Made by a program: the position numbers and the translations under genes. A DNA stretch of 64,000 nucleotides from an uncultured Verrucomicrobiae bacterium (GTDB lineage Bacteria > Verrucomicrobiota > Verrucomicrobiia > Chthoniobacterales > Chthoniobacteraceae), in contig CAVYKI010000010.1 in NCBI GenBank assembly GCA_963769025.1, positions 192,001-256,000 of the forward strand, read 5' to 3'. Below are positions 8,611 to 17,049 of the stretch, piece after piece. How positions within the stretch are numbered: the stretch's first letter is position 1; each line of letters begins with the position of its first letter. Under the pieces are notes generated by a model that worked only from the letters and a program-made list of their open reading frames with translations, ran no database searches and had not been told where the DNA came from.

Positions 8611-10062
8611 TCAGTTGCCGGCCCGCTCGTTCGTGACGATCGTGATCTGGCCGTTGCGGCCCCGGATCACATCGCGGATGACAAACCCGCGCCCGCCTTC
8701 GCGCGTAAACGTGGCGTTTTTCGCCGGAATCGCGGCGCCCTCCGGATACTCGACGACGATGAGCGCCGCACTGTTGCCGGGCTGCGTCGGATCGGCATCC
8801 CGATCGCGCAGCGATTCCTGCGTCCGCAGCGCCACACGCCTGCCAAGCACGCCCGTGACGACAAAATCGCCGCTGAGCACCGCCGGTTCTCCCGTCGTAA
8901 AGCGATCCACCAGGCCGCTGGCCTCGGCAGTCGAGAGCACCCGCGCCGCTCGCGCCGCAGTGGGCGCCGGAGCCGGCGGCGCGGGAGGCGGAACAGGCGG
9001 GGCCGCGGGAACCGGCAGCGCGCCGATGATCGGCCTGCTCTTCACGATGGGACGCGGAGGCAGCGGCACCGCCGGCGCAGGTGTCGGCTGCGGACGCGCG
9101 ATCTGCGCGCGCCTTGCATTCGTGGCCGGTGCCGGTTTGGAAGAGCCGGCCTCGCCGGGTTTCGGCTCGTCCCCGTCCGACGGCTCGGCCGGCGGCGGCT
9201 CATAGCGCACCAATTCCGGACCGGCTAGCGCCGCCTGATCATCGCCGGCGCGGGCGAGCGCCTTGCGGCGGAATTCCTTGAACTCCGCAAGCGCGGTCGT
9301 AAGGCGCGGGTCCCGGACAATCGGCAGTCCGGCGCCGAGATTGAGATCGAACCCGTGGTCGCGCAGCAACTCCTCCGGCGATCGGAGCGAAAAACTGCCG
9401 GTCCCGCCCTTCAGCTGCCAGCCGCTGTACGGCAGCGGCACGACGGTGAACTGCATCCGCCCGTCCGCGTGGCGCTCCACATGCAGCAGCGCCCACAAAT
9501 CATGCGCGCGTTGCAACGTGATGTCCGCGCCAGTCGCCACGGTCTCGCGGATCGTCTCCACATTTTTCGGCGCAGCCGGAAAGACGAACTCCACGAGCAC
9601 CTGGGGCAGCAGCTCCGACTGCGCCACCGCCACCGCCCCGCTCGGGAAGCTATCCTTCCGCCCGAGCGCGTAGCTCTGCACCACTTGGAAGCGCCCGGCG
9701 ACATACGGAACGCGCCGGCCCGATTCGCGGAAGTTCATCAGGTAATTGCGGAGCAGCAGCGCGTTTTCGCGATCGAGTTCCAACTGCCCGAGCTTGCCGA
9801 AGCGATCGAGCAGCTTCGGCGCAGTCAGGAATTCCCCTTTCGGCGCGTCGGTGACCGCGAATCGCTTCGGCGGCTCGACGCGCTTGAACTTTTTCAGGAT
9901 GCGATAGCACTTCGGATTCTCCGGATGCCCGACCACGTAGAAGCTGCCGATCCAGCTCGCGAAGCACGCGCCGGTCATCACCAGCAGCACGACGGACCAG
10001 ATGAAAAATCCGTTCCCCGTGCCGCGACGCACCGGCTTCTCGTCCTCGAGCAAATCCACCAT
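8611..10062 (-). CDS. Hypothetical membrane-anchored protein with two globular domains and a Pro/Ala-rich linker
   Basis: 483-aa ORF with one N-terminal TM segment (FFIWSVVLLVMTGACFASWIGSFYVV); begins 12 bp after the iscA-like gene. Confidence 0.8.
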   Translation of the reverse strand: MVDLLEDEKPVRRGTGNGFFIWSVVLLVMTGACFASWIGSFYVVGHPENPKCYRILKKFKRVEPPKRFAVTDAPKGEFLTAPKLLDRFGKLGQLELDRENALLLRNYLMNFRESGRRVPYVAGRFQVVQSYALGRKDSFPSGAVAVAQSELLPQVLVEFVFPAAPKNVETIRETVATGADITLQRAHDLWALLHVERHADGRMQFTVVPLPYSGWQLKGGTGSFSLRSPEELLRDHGFDLNLGAGLPIVRDPRLTTALAEFKEFRRKALARAGDDQAALAGPELVRYEPPPAEPSDGDEPKPGEAGSSKPAPATNARRAQIARPQPTPAPAVPLPPRPIVKSRPIIGALPVPAAPPVPPPAPPAPAPTAARAARVLSTAEASGLVDRFTTGEPAVLSGDFVVTGVLGRRVALRTQESLRDRDADPTQPGNSAALIVVEYPEGAAIPAKNATFTREGGRGFVIRDVIRGRNGQITIVTNERAGN

Positions 10063-10074
10063 GCGCCTGACGGC

Positions 10075-10422
10075 TTACTGCGCCTCCGCGGGGGTTTCCG
10101 GCGCGGGTTCAAAGGACGTGCCGCAGCCGCACGAACGCACCGCGCGCGGGTTCAGGATGCGGAATCCCGCGCCCGCGAGATCGTCGGTGTAGTCGATCGT
10201 CGAGCCGCTCACGTACGGCAGGCTCGCCGGGTCCACCACCACCTGCACGCCGTCTCGTCCCTCCGCAAAATCCCCGGCGCCCGGATCATCCAGCTTCATC
10301 TCGTAGCTCATGCCCGCACAGCCGCCTTTCTCGACGTAGATGCGCAGGGCCTTCCCGGGTTCGCCTTTTTCGGCGAGCAAATCCTGAAGATGTTTGACGG
10401 CTGAATCAGTGAGCGTGAGCAT
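10075..10422 (-). CDS. Iron-sulfur cluster assembly accessory protein (HesB/IscA/ErpA family)
   Basis: GGCAGMSY and C-terminal NPRAVRSCGCGTSF motifs. Confidence 0.95.
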   Translation of the reverse strand: MLTLTDSAVKHLQDLLAEKGEPGKALRIYVEKGGCAGMSYEMKLDDPGAGDFAEGRDGVQVVVDPASLPYVSGSTIDYTDDLAGAGFRILNPRAVRSCGCGTSFEPAPETPAEAQ

Positions 10423-10430
10423 CGCCGGCC

Positions 10431-10459
10431 AACGTAATGACCGCCGCCAACCAAGTCAA
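10431..10459 (-). promoter_or_regulatory. Sigma70-type promoter for the iscA-like gene (leaderless or near-leaderless)
   Basis: Minus strand TTGACT (10459-10454), 17 nt, TACGTT (10436-10431), 8 nt, ATG (10422). Confidence 0.6.
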
Positions 10460-12323
10460 ATGAGCCGAATCGCCCTGCTGCCCGAGGATGTGGCTTCGCA
10501 GGTGGCCGCGGGCGAGGTGGTCGAGCGTCCGGCGAGCGTGGTGAAGGAGCTGGTGGAAAATTCGCTCGATGCCGGAGCCACGCGCATCGAGGTGCTCATC
10601 CGCCGCGGCGGGAACTCCTCCATCCGCGTGATCGACAACGGCTGCGGCATGGATCGCGACGACGCGCTGCTCTGCCTCGAGCGCCACGCCACGAGCAAAA
10701 TCCGCACGGGCGCGGACCTCATGGCCATCCACACGCTCGGCTTCCGCGGCGAAGCGCTGCCGAGCATCGCGAGCGTCTCGCGCTTCCGCCTCACCACGCG
10801 CGAGCACGGCGCGCTCGCCGGGACCGAGGTGCTCGTGAATGGCGGCCGCATGGAGACCGTCCGCGATTGCGGCGAACCCGAGGGCACGCAGATCGAGGCC
10901 CGCTCGCTTTTCTACAATCTCCCCGCGCGCCGGAAATTTCTCCGCACGGAGAACACCGAGGCCAGCCACGTCGAGCACGTGCTCCAGCTCCAGGCGATCG
11001 GCCATCCGCACGTGGGATTCGTTTTTCTGCATGACGACCGCCTCGTGCATCAGCTCCCGCCGGGGCAGACGCTCCGCGAACGGCTGCGCGATCTTTTCGG
11101 CGCGACGCTCGTCGCGGAATTGCTCGACGTGCCCGACGCCGAAATCGCCGGCGTGCGCGTCTCCGGACTGCTCGGCCGCGCCGGGGTGAGCCGCTCCTCG
11201 CGCCAGCAGCAGATCGTCTTTCTGAATGGCAGGCCCATCGAGAACCCGACGATCTCGTTCGCGCTCCGCGAGGGCTACCACACGGCGCTGATGAAAGGGC
11301 AGCACCCCGTCACCTTCCTCTCGATCGAGATGGACCCCGCCGCCGTGGACGTGAACGTCCATCCCGCGAAACGCGAAGTGCGCTTCCGCGACCCGGCGCT
11401 CATCCGCGAAGTCATCGTCGAGATCACCCGCCGCGTGCTGGAAAGCGATCGCGCATCGTGGAGCCGCACCTTCACCGCGCCCGCAGCCGCGCCCTTCACG
11501 CCGGATGAAACGCTCCCGCTGATCCCGCCCTCGGAGCAATTCACGCTGCGCCGCGACTGGTCGCAAATCCCCTCTCCCGCCGCCGCGCCTTCGGAAAATG
11601 CCGCGCAGCAAATCCCCGCCGCTCCCGACGCCGCTCCGGTGCCGACTTTCGCCCCCGCGCCCTTCGCGCAGGCGGCGCCCGCATTTTCCCCGGAGCAACC
11701 GCAGGCCGCGCCCGACCTCGCAGCGGCGCACCCCCGGCCGGCGCAGGATTTCAAATTCATCGGCATCCTCGGGCGACTCTACATCCTCATGGAAAATGCC
11801 GGCGGTCTCGTGCTCGTCGATCAGCACGCCGCGCACGAGCGCATCCTTTTCGAGGAAATGCTCCGCCGCATGGAAGGCCAGGGCGTCCCCGCGCAGCGCC
11901 TCCTCCTCCCCATCACCCTGCAGGTCGCGCCGAAGGACGCCGACTGGCTGCGGGACAACCTCGACGCCCTCTCCCGCACCGGCATCGGCCTTGAGCCCTT
12001 CGGCCCGGGCACGTTCAAAATCGACGCGCTGCCGCAATTCCTCAGCGCCTCCGAGCCGTCGCAGCTCCTCCGCAACATCATCGACGAACTCCGCGAGACC
12101 TCGCAGCAGACCTCGCAAGCTCCGGCTCGGCGAAGACATGATCGCCAAGACCGTCTGCCGCCACGCCGTGAAGGCCAACGACATCCTCCGCGAACCCGAA
12201 TGCCTCCGCCTCGTGCAGGATCTCCTCGCCTGCGAACTCCCCTACTGCTGCCCGCATGGCCGCCCGACGATGATCCAGATGAGCTACGCGGAGCTGGAGA
12301 AAAAGTTCGGCCGCAAGGCCTGA
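10460..12323 (+). CDS. mutL: DNA mismatch repair endonuclease MutL, one frameshift near 12116
   Basis: AAGEVVERPASVVKELVENSLDA, GFRGEAL, DVNVHPAKREV and the endonuclease motif DQHAAHERILFE. The C-terminal CRHAVKAND...CPHGRPT lies in another frame ending at 12323. Confidence 0.95.
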
Positions 12324-12368
12324 CCGGGAGCGGCGCGTGGACGGATGAAATGGGCGGACGGGAAAAGC

Positions 12369-12869
12369 TCAGCCGCGGCGTCGCGGCTGGCGGGATTTTT
12401 CCAAGGCGGACTCGACGGCCATCGGCAGGGCGTGGGGGCCGTCGCCGCCGATGGAGGCGTCGATTTCCTCCAGCCTCCGCACGAGGTCCCGCACTTCATT
12501 GCGGGAATAGGGGCCGCCGGCGGCGGAGCAAAAATGGGTGCGGCATCCGAAGGGACGCGCGTCATAGACCAGACATTTGCCAGCGCGATCGAGCAGCGGG
12601 CAGCGGCCGGTCGCGGGGTCGGCGGTTTCCGGGAGTTCGCGCCGCCCGGTGCGCCGGAGTGCGGAGGCGACGACCAGCGCCTCGCCGGCGGTGAGCATGG
12701 GAGTCCTCCCGGTCAGCTTGAACTGGCAGCACTCGGTGCTCCGCACGCACGAACGCTCGACGGGCTGCCGGGCGAGGTCCGCGTAGATCGCGCGGGTCGC
12801 CGCGATGGCGGCGTCGTAGGCGGTGGTGAGGAGTGGCTGCATCGCGTGACCAGACACCACGCGCGCCAT
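12369..12869 (-). CDS. YkgJ-family (CxxCxxCC) cysteine-cluster protein
   Basis: SCVRSTECCQF...CPLL...CLVYDARPFGCRTHFC. The start may be 12842. Confidence 0.8.
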   Translation of the reverse strand: MARVVSGHAMQPLLTTAYDAAIAATRAIYADLARQPVERSCVRSTECCQFKLTGRTPMLTAGEALVVASALRRTGRRELPETADPATGRCPLLDRAGKCLVYDARPFGCRTHFCSAAGGPYSRNEVRDLVRRLEEIDASIGGDGPHALPMAVESALEKSRQPRRRG

Positions 12870-12903
12870 TTTTGCAAAGCTGCGCGGCGCCTGGCCGGCG
12901 GCC

Positions 12904-13419
12904 CTACTTCGCAGCGGGTCCGACCTTGATCATGAACTCGACCGGCTCGGCCTTTTGCTCGGAACGCTTGGCGCCGAGCTCGGGGCGCTTCATCGGGACG
13001 AAGATCTGGTGTCCCTCGTAGTCGAGGGTGACGCCGCCGTCGCGGATGGAGCGCAGCACGACGCGGAGGCGCTCGGTGCCGTAGACGACGGGAAGGAGTT
13101 CCCCTTCCTCGAATGACCGGCCGTTGATGGTGGCCAGCGCGGGATTGCCGGAGAGGATGCTCGTGACGCTGAAGTTGCCGGGCTCGAGCAGGATTTTCGG
13201 CGCCGCAAGCGCGGGGGTGGCAACGGTGCCGTCCGCCTTGATCTTCGGGCGTTCAAAGCCGATCGGCCAGAATGGGATCCTCGATTCCGTATCGACCGTG
13301 AACGAGGAGCGGTTCTTCAACTCGTAGCCCTTCGTCGCGTCGGACGACTCGGCCTGCGCAGTGACGGTGAGGACGGCGGCTGCGAGAGCGATGGTGAGAA
13401 TGAGCGGGGCTGGTTTCAT
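12904..13419 (-). CDS. Exported PilP/GspC-like protein
   Basis: Signal peptide MKPAPLILTIALAAAVLTVTAQA, RIPFWP motif and beta-sandwich-like FSVTSIL...ATING...SIRDGGVTL. ATGA-coupled to the pilO-like gene. Confidence 0.6.
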   Translation of the reverse strand: MKPAPLILTIALAAAVLTVTAQAESSDATKGYELKNRSSFTVDTESRIPFWPIGFERPKIKADGTVATPALAAPKILLEPGNFSVTSILSGNPALATINGRSFEEGELLPVVYGTERLRVVLRSIRDGGVTLDYEGHQIFVPMKRPELGAKRSEQKAEPVEFMIKVGPAAK

Positions 13420-13967
13420 AGATGGACAATGTTTTGCAGGGTGAGGGACACGCGCTGGAACTGGACGTCTTCCCGGCCCGCCTCGATCTCCAGGGTCTGG
13501 ACTTCGATGAGCGGCTCGCCGTTCTCGAGGGCCGCGAGGGCCGCGGCAAAGGTGATGAACTCGACGCGGGGAATCTCGACAGCCCACGCGCACCTGCCAA
13601 AGCCCGTGAGTTCCTTTTCCGAGAGTTCGCCGGTCATGCGGGCGGACGCCCTGTCCACGCCCTCGCGCTTGAAGAAATCCGCAAGCTTCGTGGGCACCCA
13701 GGCGATTGGCGCGCCCTCGGGGATCATCGCCTTCACCTGCTCGAGCACCTTCTGGGACGCGGGCGCCTTGGCTTCGATGGCCTTGGTCTTCGCAATCTGC
13801 GTCCGCGCTGCGGTGATCTTCGGCCCGAGCGCATCGGTGTCCTTGATTGCCTTCTCCCGGCCCGCGCTGAGCGGCCCGAGGAGAAACTCGAAATACGAGT
13901 AGATGACGCCGCAGAAGAGCATTCCTCCGAGCACGATTTTTTGAATCTGATCCTTGGTGAGTTTCAT
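13416..13967 (-). CDS. pilO: Type IV pilus PilO / T2SS GspM-like inner-membrane protein
   Basis: N-terminal TM helix, coiled coil and a ferredoxin-like C-terminus (FITFAAALAALENGEPLIEVQTLEI); follows pilN. Confidence 0.7.
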   Translation of the reverse strand: MKLTKDQIQKIVLGGMLFCGVIYSYFEFLLGPLSAGREKAIKDTDALGPKITAARTQIAKTKAIEAKAPASQKVLEQVKAMIPEGAPIAWVPTKLADFFKREGVDRASARMTGELSEKELTGFGRCAWAVEIPRVEFITFAAALAALENGEPLIEVQTLEIEAGREDVQFQRVSLTLQNIVHL

Positions 13968-13978
13968 GAAGTGATTGG

Positions 13979-14632
13979 CTAGTGTTTGGCGAGGCGCTTC
14001 TGCGGGACCGGAGCCGCGACGGGCTCGGCTTCCGGCTTGAAGGTGACGTTGATGGTGAAGACCACCGCTGCGACGCGCTTGCCGTTGACCGTCAGGCTCT
14101 CCGAGCTGTCGTCGAGGTTGCGGAATGTCGCCGTGGCGTTCGGATACCGGGTGCCGACCCGCTCCGCGACCGCCCTGCGCAGATCCTCGGCCACCGCACG
14201 CGGTTCCTGGTCGGCGGCGATTCCCTCGATGTTCATCTGGCAGTTTCCAGACTTCTCGCGGCCTGTGTCGCAGGTGAGCTTCGTGAGCTGCACATTCGGA
14301 GGCACTGCGCCGAGGACGCTTTCAAACAGGGGCGCCCAGTAGATGCGGCGTTCCATTCGCTTGGCGAGCTTGTCGCCCAGGTCGATCTCCTTGTTCAGTT
14401 CCGCCTCCTTCTTCTCCGCGGCCTTCGCCTGCGGATCGAGCCGCTCAAATTCGGCGTTCTGCGTGTTGAAGGCCGATCGGGCGTCGCTCGTCCGTTTCAA
14501 CTGGAGGAAGTAGTAGCCGGCCATGCCGACGGCGACGACGATCAGGCCGAGCAGCGAGAGCTTGAGCGGATCGTATTGCTCCTGCCGCTTTGCGCGGAGG
14601 ACTTCGTGGTAGAGGTTGATGCGTAGGGCCAT
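13979..14632 (-). CDS. pilN: Type IV pilus PilN-like protein
   Basis: N-terminal RINL PilM-binding motif, TM helix, coiled coil and W..LFESVLGAVPPNVQLTKL...IEGIA. Confidence 0.8.
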   Translation of the reverse strand: MALRINLYHEVLRAKRQEQYDPLKLSLLGLIVVAVGMAGYYFLQLKRTSDARSAFNTQNAEFERLDPQAKAAEKKEAELNKEIDLGDKLAKRMERRIYWAPLFESVLGAVPPNVQLTKLTCDTGREKSGNCQMNIEGIAADQEPRAVAEDLRRAVAERVGTRYPNATATFRNLDDSSESLTVNGKRVAAVVFTINVTFKPEAEPVAAPVPQKRLAKH

Positions 14633-14638
14633 GGTCGT

Positions 14639-15694
14639 TTAGGCGTTCAGGAGTTGGGCGGCGGCTCCGCAGGCGATGCTGTAATCCAGCATCTCCTCCG
14701 CAAGCTGCGCGCGTTTGGTTGAGGAAACATTGACTTCGCAGCGCTCGACCGCGAACCACGGCTGGCACGGCATGCGGAGCTCCTCGCCGAGCAGCCGGAG
14801 GAGCGTGGCGTTCCTGGCGAGGCCGCCGGAGACCCAGATCTGGGAAATCGCCTCCTCGCGGCGCCCTTCGTAGAAGCCGATGGAGCTGCCGATTTCGCGG
14901 GTCAGCGCCATGAGCGCCATGCGGGCGTATTCGACCATCACCTCGTCTTCCGCGGCCAGCGCGGAAAGGACCGTCTCGGGACTCTCGCCGCTCAGGCCGC
15001 AGAGGGCCTCGACCAGCGACTTGCCGCCGAAATCCACGGAGCGGATGAGCGCCAGTTCGCGACGCGCGCCGATCATCATCGTCGAGGACAGATGGCCGAA
15101 ATCGATGAGGAAGAACGCCTGGTTGTCGAAGACTTCCTTCTGCGCAAACTCGAAGGAGTTGAAGACCGTGACCGGTGCGAGTTGCACGGCCGCGACGTTG
15201 TTCAGCCCGCCGGCCTCGAAGACCTGCGAGAGCTGCGTGATCTCGGCGCGGGGCAGTCCCGCGACCAGGTAGCGCCGTTGCGGAACGGAAGCCGATGCCG
15301 ACTGTTCCTTCGCCGCGCCCGGCTCGGTCTTTTCGCAGTCCACGCAATCGAGGACGAAATTCTTGCAGTCCTGGTTCATCAGCGCCGTGCCATTCAGGCG
15401 GAGCGCGTCGCGCAAAATCTCCGGCGGCGTCTCGGGCTGCTCGATGATGCGCACCAGCGCATCCGGGCTGCTCACCGCGACGGCGCAACCCTTGGCGCTT
15501 CCGCCCATGTGTTTGACGAGCGCCTTGAGCTGCGCGCCAATCGCCTCCGGGGTTCGTTCCGTGGCATCGTTGATGGGCATCGATGCGAAGTGCGTGATGA
15601 CGTAGCGGTCGCTGCCCTTCTTTTGCAGAAGGACGGACTTGAGGGAGTAGCGTCCGAGGTCAACGCCGATTGCGGATGAGAGGGTCTTAGCCAT
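14639..15694 (-). CDS. pilM: Type IV pilus assembly protein PilM (actin-like fold)
   Basis: IGVDLGRYSLKSV, LIDFGHLSS, REIGSSIGFY, IWVSGGLA and C-terminal IACGAA. Confidence 0.85.
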   Translation of the reverse strand: MAKTLSSAIGVDLGRYSLKSVLLQKKGSDRYVITHFASMPINDATERTPEAIGAQLKALVKHMGGSAKGCAVAVSSPDALVRIIEQPETPPEILRDALRLNGTALMNQDCKNFVLDCVDCEKTEPGAAKEQSASASVPQRRYLVAGLPRAEITQLSQVFEAGGLNNVAAVQLAPVTVFNSFEFAQKEVFDNQAFFLIDFGHLSSTMMIGARRELALIRSVDFGGKSLVEALCGLSGESPETVLSALAAEDEVMVEYARMALMALTREIGSSIGFYEGRREEAISQIWVSGGLARNATLLRLLGEELRMPCQPWFAVERCEVNVSSTKRAQLAEEMLDYSIACGAAAQLLNA

Positions 15695-15739
15695 TTGCGT
15701 TATGAGAAAAGCAGGTGTTATGCCGCGTTGTGATTGTTC

Positions 15740-15997
15740 TTAGCGCACGCCCTCATTTGATGCGGCGCCCGCACTTTCCATCCGCTCACCGTGCTGCGGG
15801 CGCATCTGCTCGAGCATCGCCGACAGCACCCAGAGCGCAACCGCCGCGCCCGCCACGATGACGACAATCCCGAGGGTCCCCGCCTTTCCGCGCCCGGCAT
15901 CGCGGGCGAGGCGGCGCTCCCTCGCGGAGGCCAGTTGCAGCTCGAGCACTTTCAGGAGTTGCTCGGAATTTGGTTCCTGTGTCTTGTCGCGGCTCAT
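15740..15997 (-). CDS. Small single-TM hypothetical protein upstream of pilM
   Basis: MSRDKTQEPNSEQLLKVLELQLASARERR...GIVVIVAGAAVALWVLSAML. An alternative start is 16012. Confidence 0.6.
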   Translation of the reverse strand: MSRDKTQEPNSEQLLKVLELQLASARERRLARDAGRGKAGTLGIVVIVAGAAVALWVLSAMLEQMRPQHGERMESAGAASNEGVR

Positions 15998-16015
15998 GGA
16001 TGTTTCTGCCATAAA

Positions 16016-16704
16016 ATGATCGGTGAACGTTCCCAGCGGGTAGCTTATCTCGCGCCGTTCTTCGTTTTTCTTGCGTTCCTCTTCCTCGGGGAGGCCGTGG
16101 CGAAACTGGGCGAGGGCTATGCCTACTGGCCGCTCTCCCAGCCGCGGTATTGGATCTTCCCTTTGCAGACCGTCGTGTGCGCGCGTGCTGCTCTGGAAAA
16201 TGCGCGACCGCATCGAACTCCGCCCGCTGGCGGGTTTTGGTTTCGCGACACTGATCGGCCTCGTCGCCCTCGGGCTCTGGATCTCGCCGCAGGCCCTGTT
16301 CGGATTTCCGCCCCGCACGGACGGCTTCCGCCCGGATTTCTTCGGCGCCGACGGCAGACCCTACTGGGTCAACCTCACCTTCCGCCTCATCCGCATGGCC
16401 GTGATCGTCCCCTTCGTCGAGGAACTCTTCTGGCGCGGATTCCTGCTCCGCTACCTCGTGCGCGAAGACTTCGCCAGCGTCCCATTCGGCACGTTCACCT
16501 GGCGTTCGTTCCTCATCAGCAGCTTCGCCTTCTGCCTCGAGCATCAGCCGTCGGACTGGCCGGCAGCGGTGCTCACCGGCGCGCTTTTCAACCTCGTCGC
16601 CTATCGCACCCGCAGCCTCGCGGCCTGCGTCCTCACCCACGCCGTCACGAATCTGGCGCTCGCGTTCTACATCCTGCGGACCGGGCCAGTGGGGATTTTG
16701 GTGA
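16016..16704 (+). CDS. CPBP/CAAX prenyl protease-related intramembrane metalloprotease, frameshifts near 16185 and 16685
   Basis: YLAPFFVFLAFL N-terminus, VPFVEELFWRGFLLRYL, FCLEH and HAVTN motifs. The natural end QWGFW* is restored by removing one G. Confidence 0.85.
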
Positions 16705-16794
16705 GGCTGCAAAGTTCGGCGCCAGCAGCCTCTCAGCCCCTCGACTTTCAACTCCGAACCGCCCTTGGCCGGCGATCTGCTTTGGAAGACAGGC

Positions 16795-16983
16795 ATGATC
16801 CGGAATTCCTTCTTCCAAAAAGTCCTCCTCACCATGTTTTGGGGATTCTGCGCTGCTGGCTTGATCCAGTTTTACAAGCACATGATCTGGCAGGCCAATG
16901 AGGACATCAACGGCGCGGCCGCCACGAAGGAACTCTACAGCGACAGCCGCCAGGTGGTGCATCCCGTGCGCAAGGGACACTGA
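16795..16983 (+). CDS. Small hypothetical membrane protein (62 aa)
   Basis: MIRNSFFQKVLLTMFWGFCAAGLIQFYKHMIW...; one hydrophobic helix; fills the gap before nadE. Confidence 0.5.
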   Translation: MIRNSFFQKVLLTMFWGFCAAGLIQFYKHMIWQANEDINGAAATKELYSDSRQVVHPVRKGH

Positions 16984-17049
16984 CGCCAGAACGCACGCAA
17001 ACTCGCGGTAGCCATCGCGCGCCGTTCTGACTTAGAGTCCGCGCCGTCC

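Noticed and set aside
10394..12694. MutL with a novel Arg-rich C-terminus (766 aa)
   Set aside because: Artefact of a +1 indel near 12116; the true CPHGRP terminus is in the adjacent frame.
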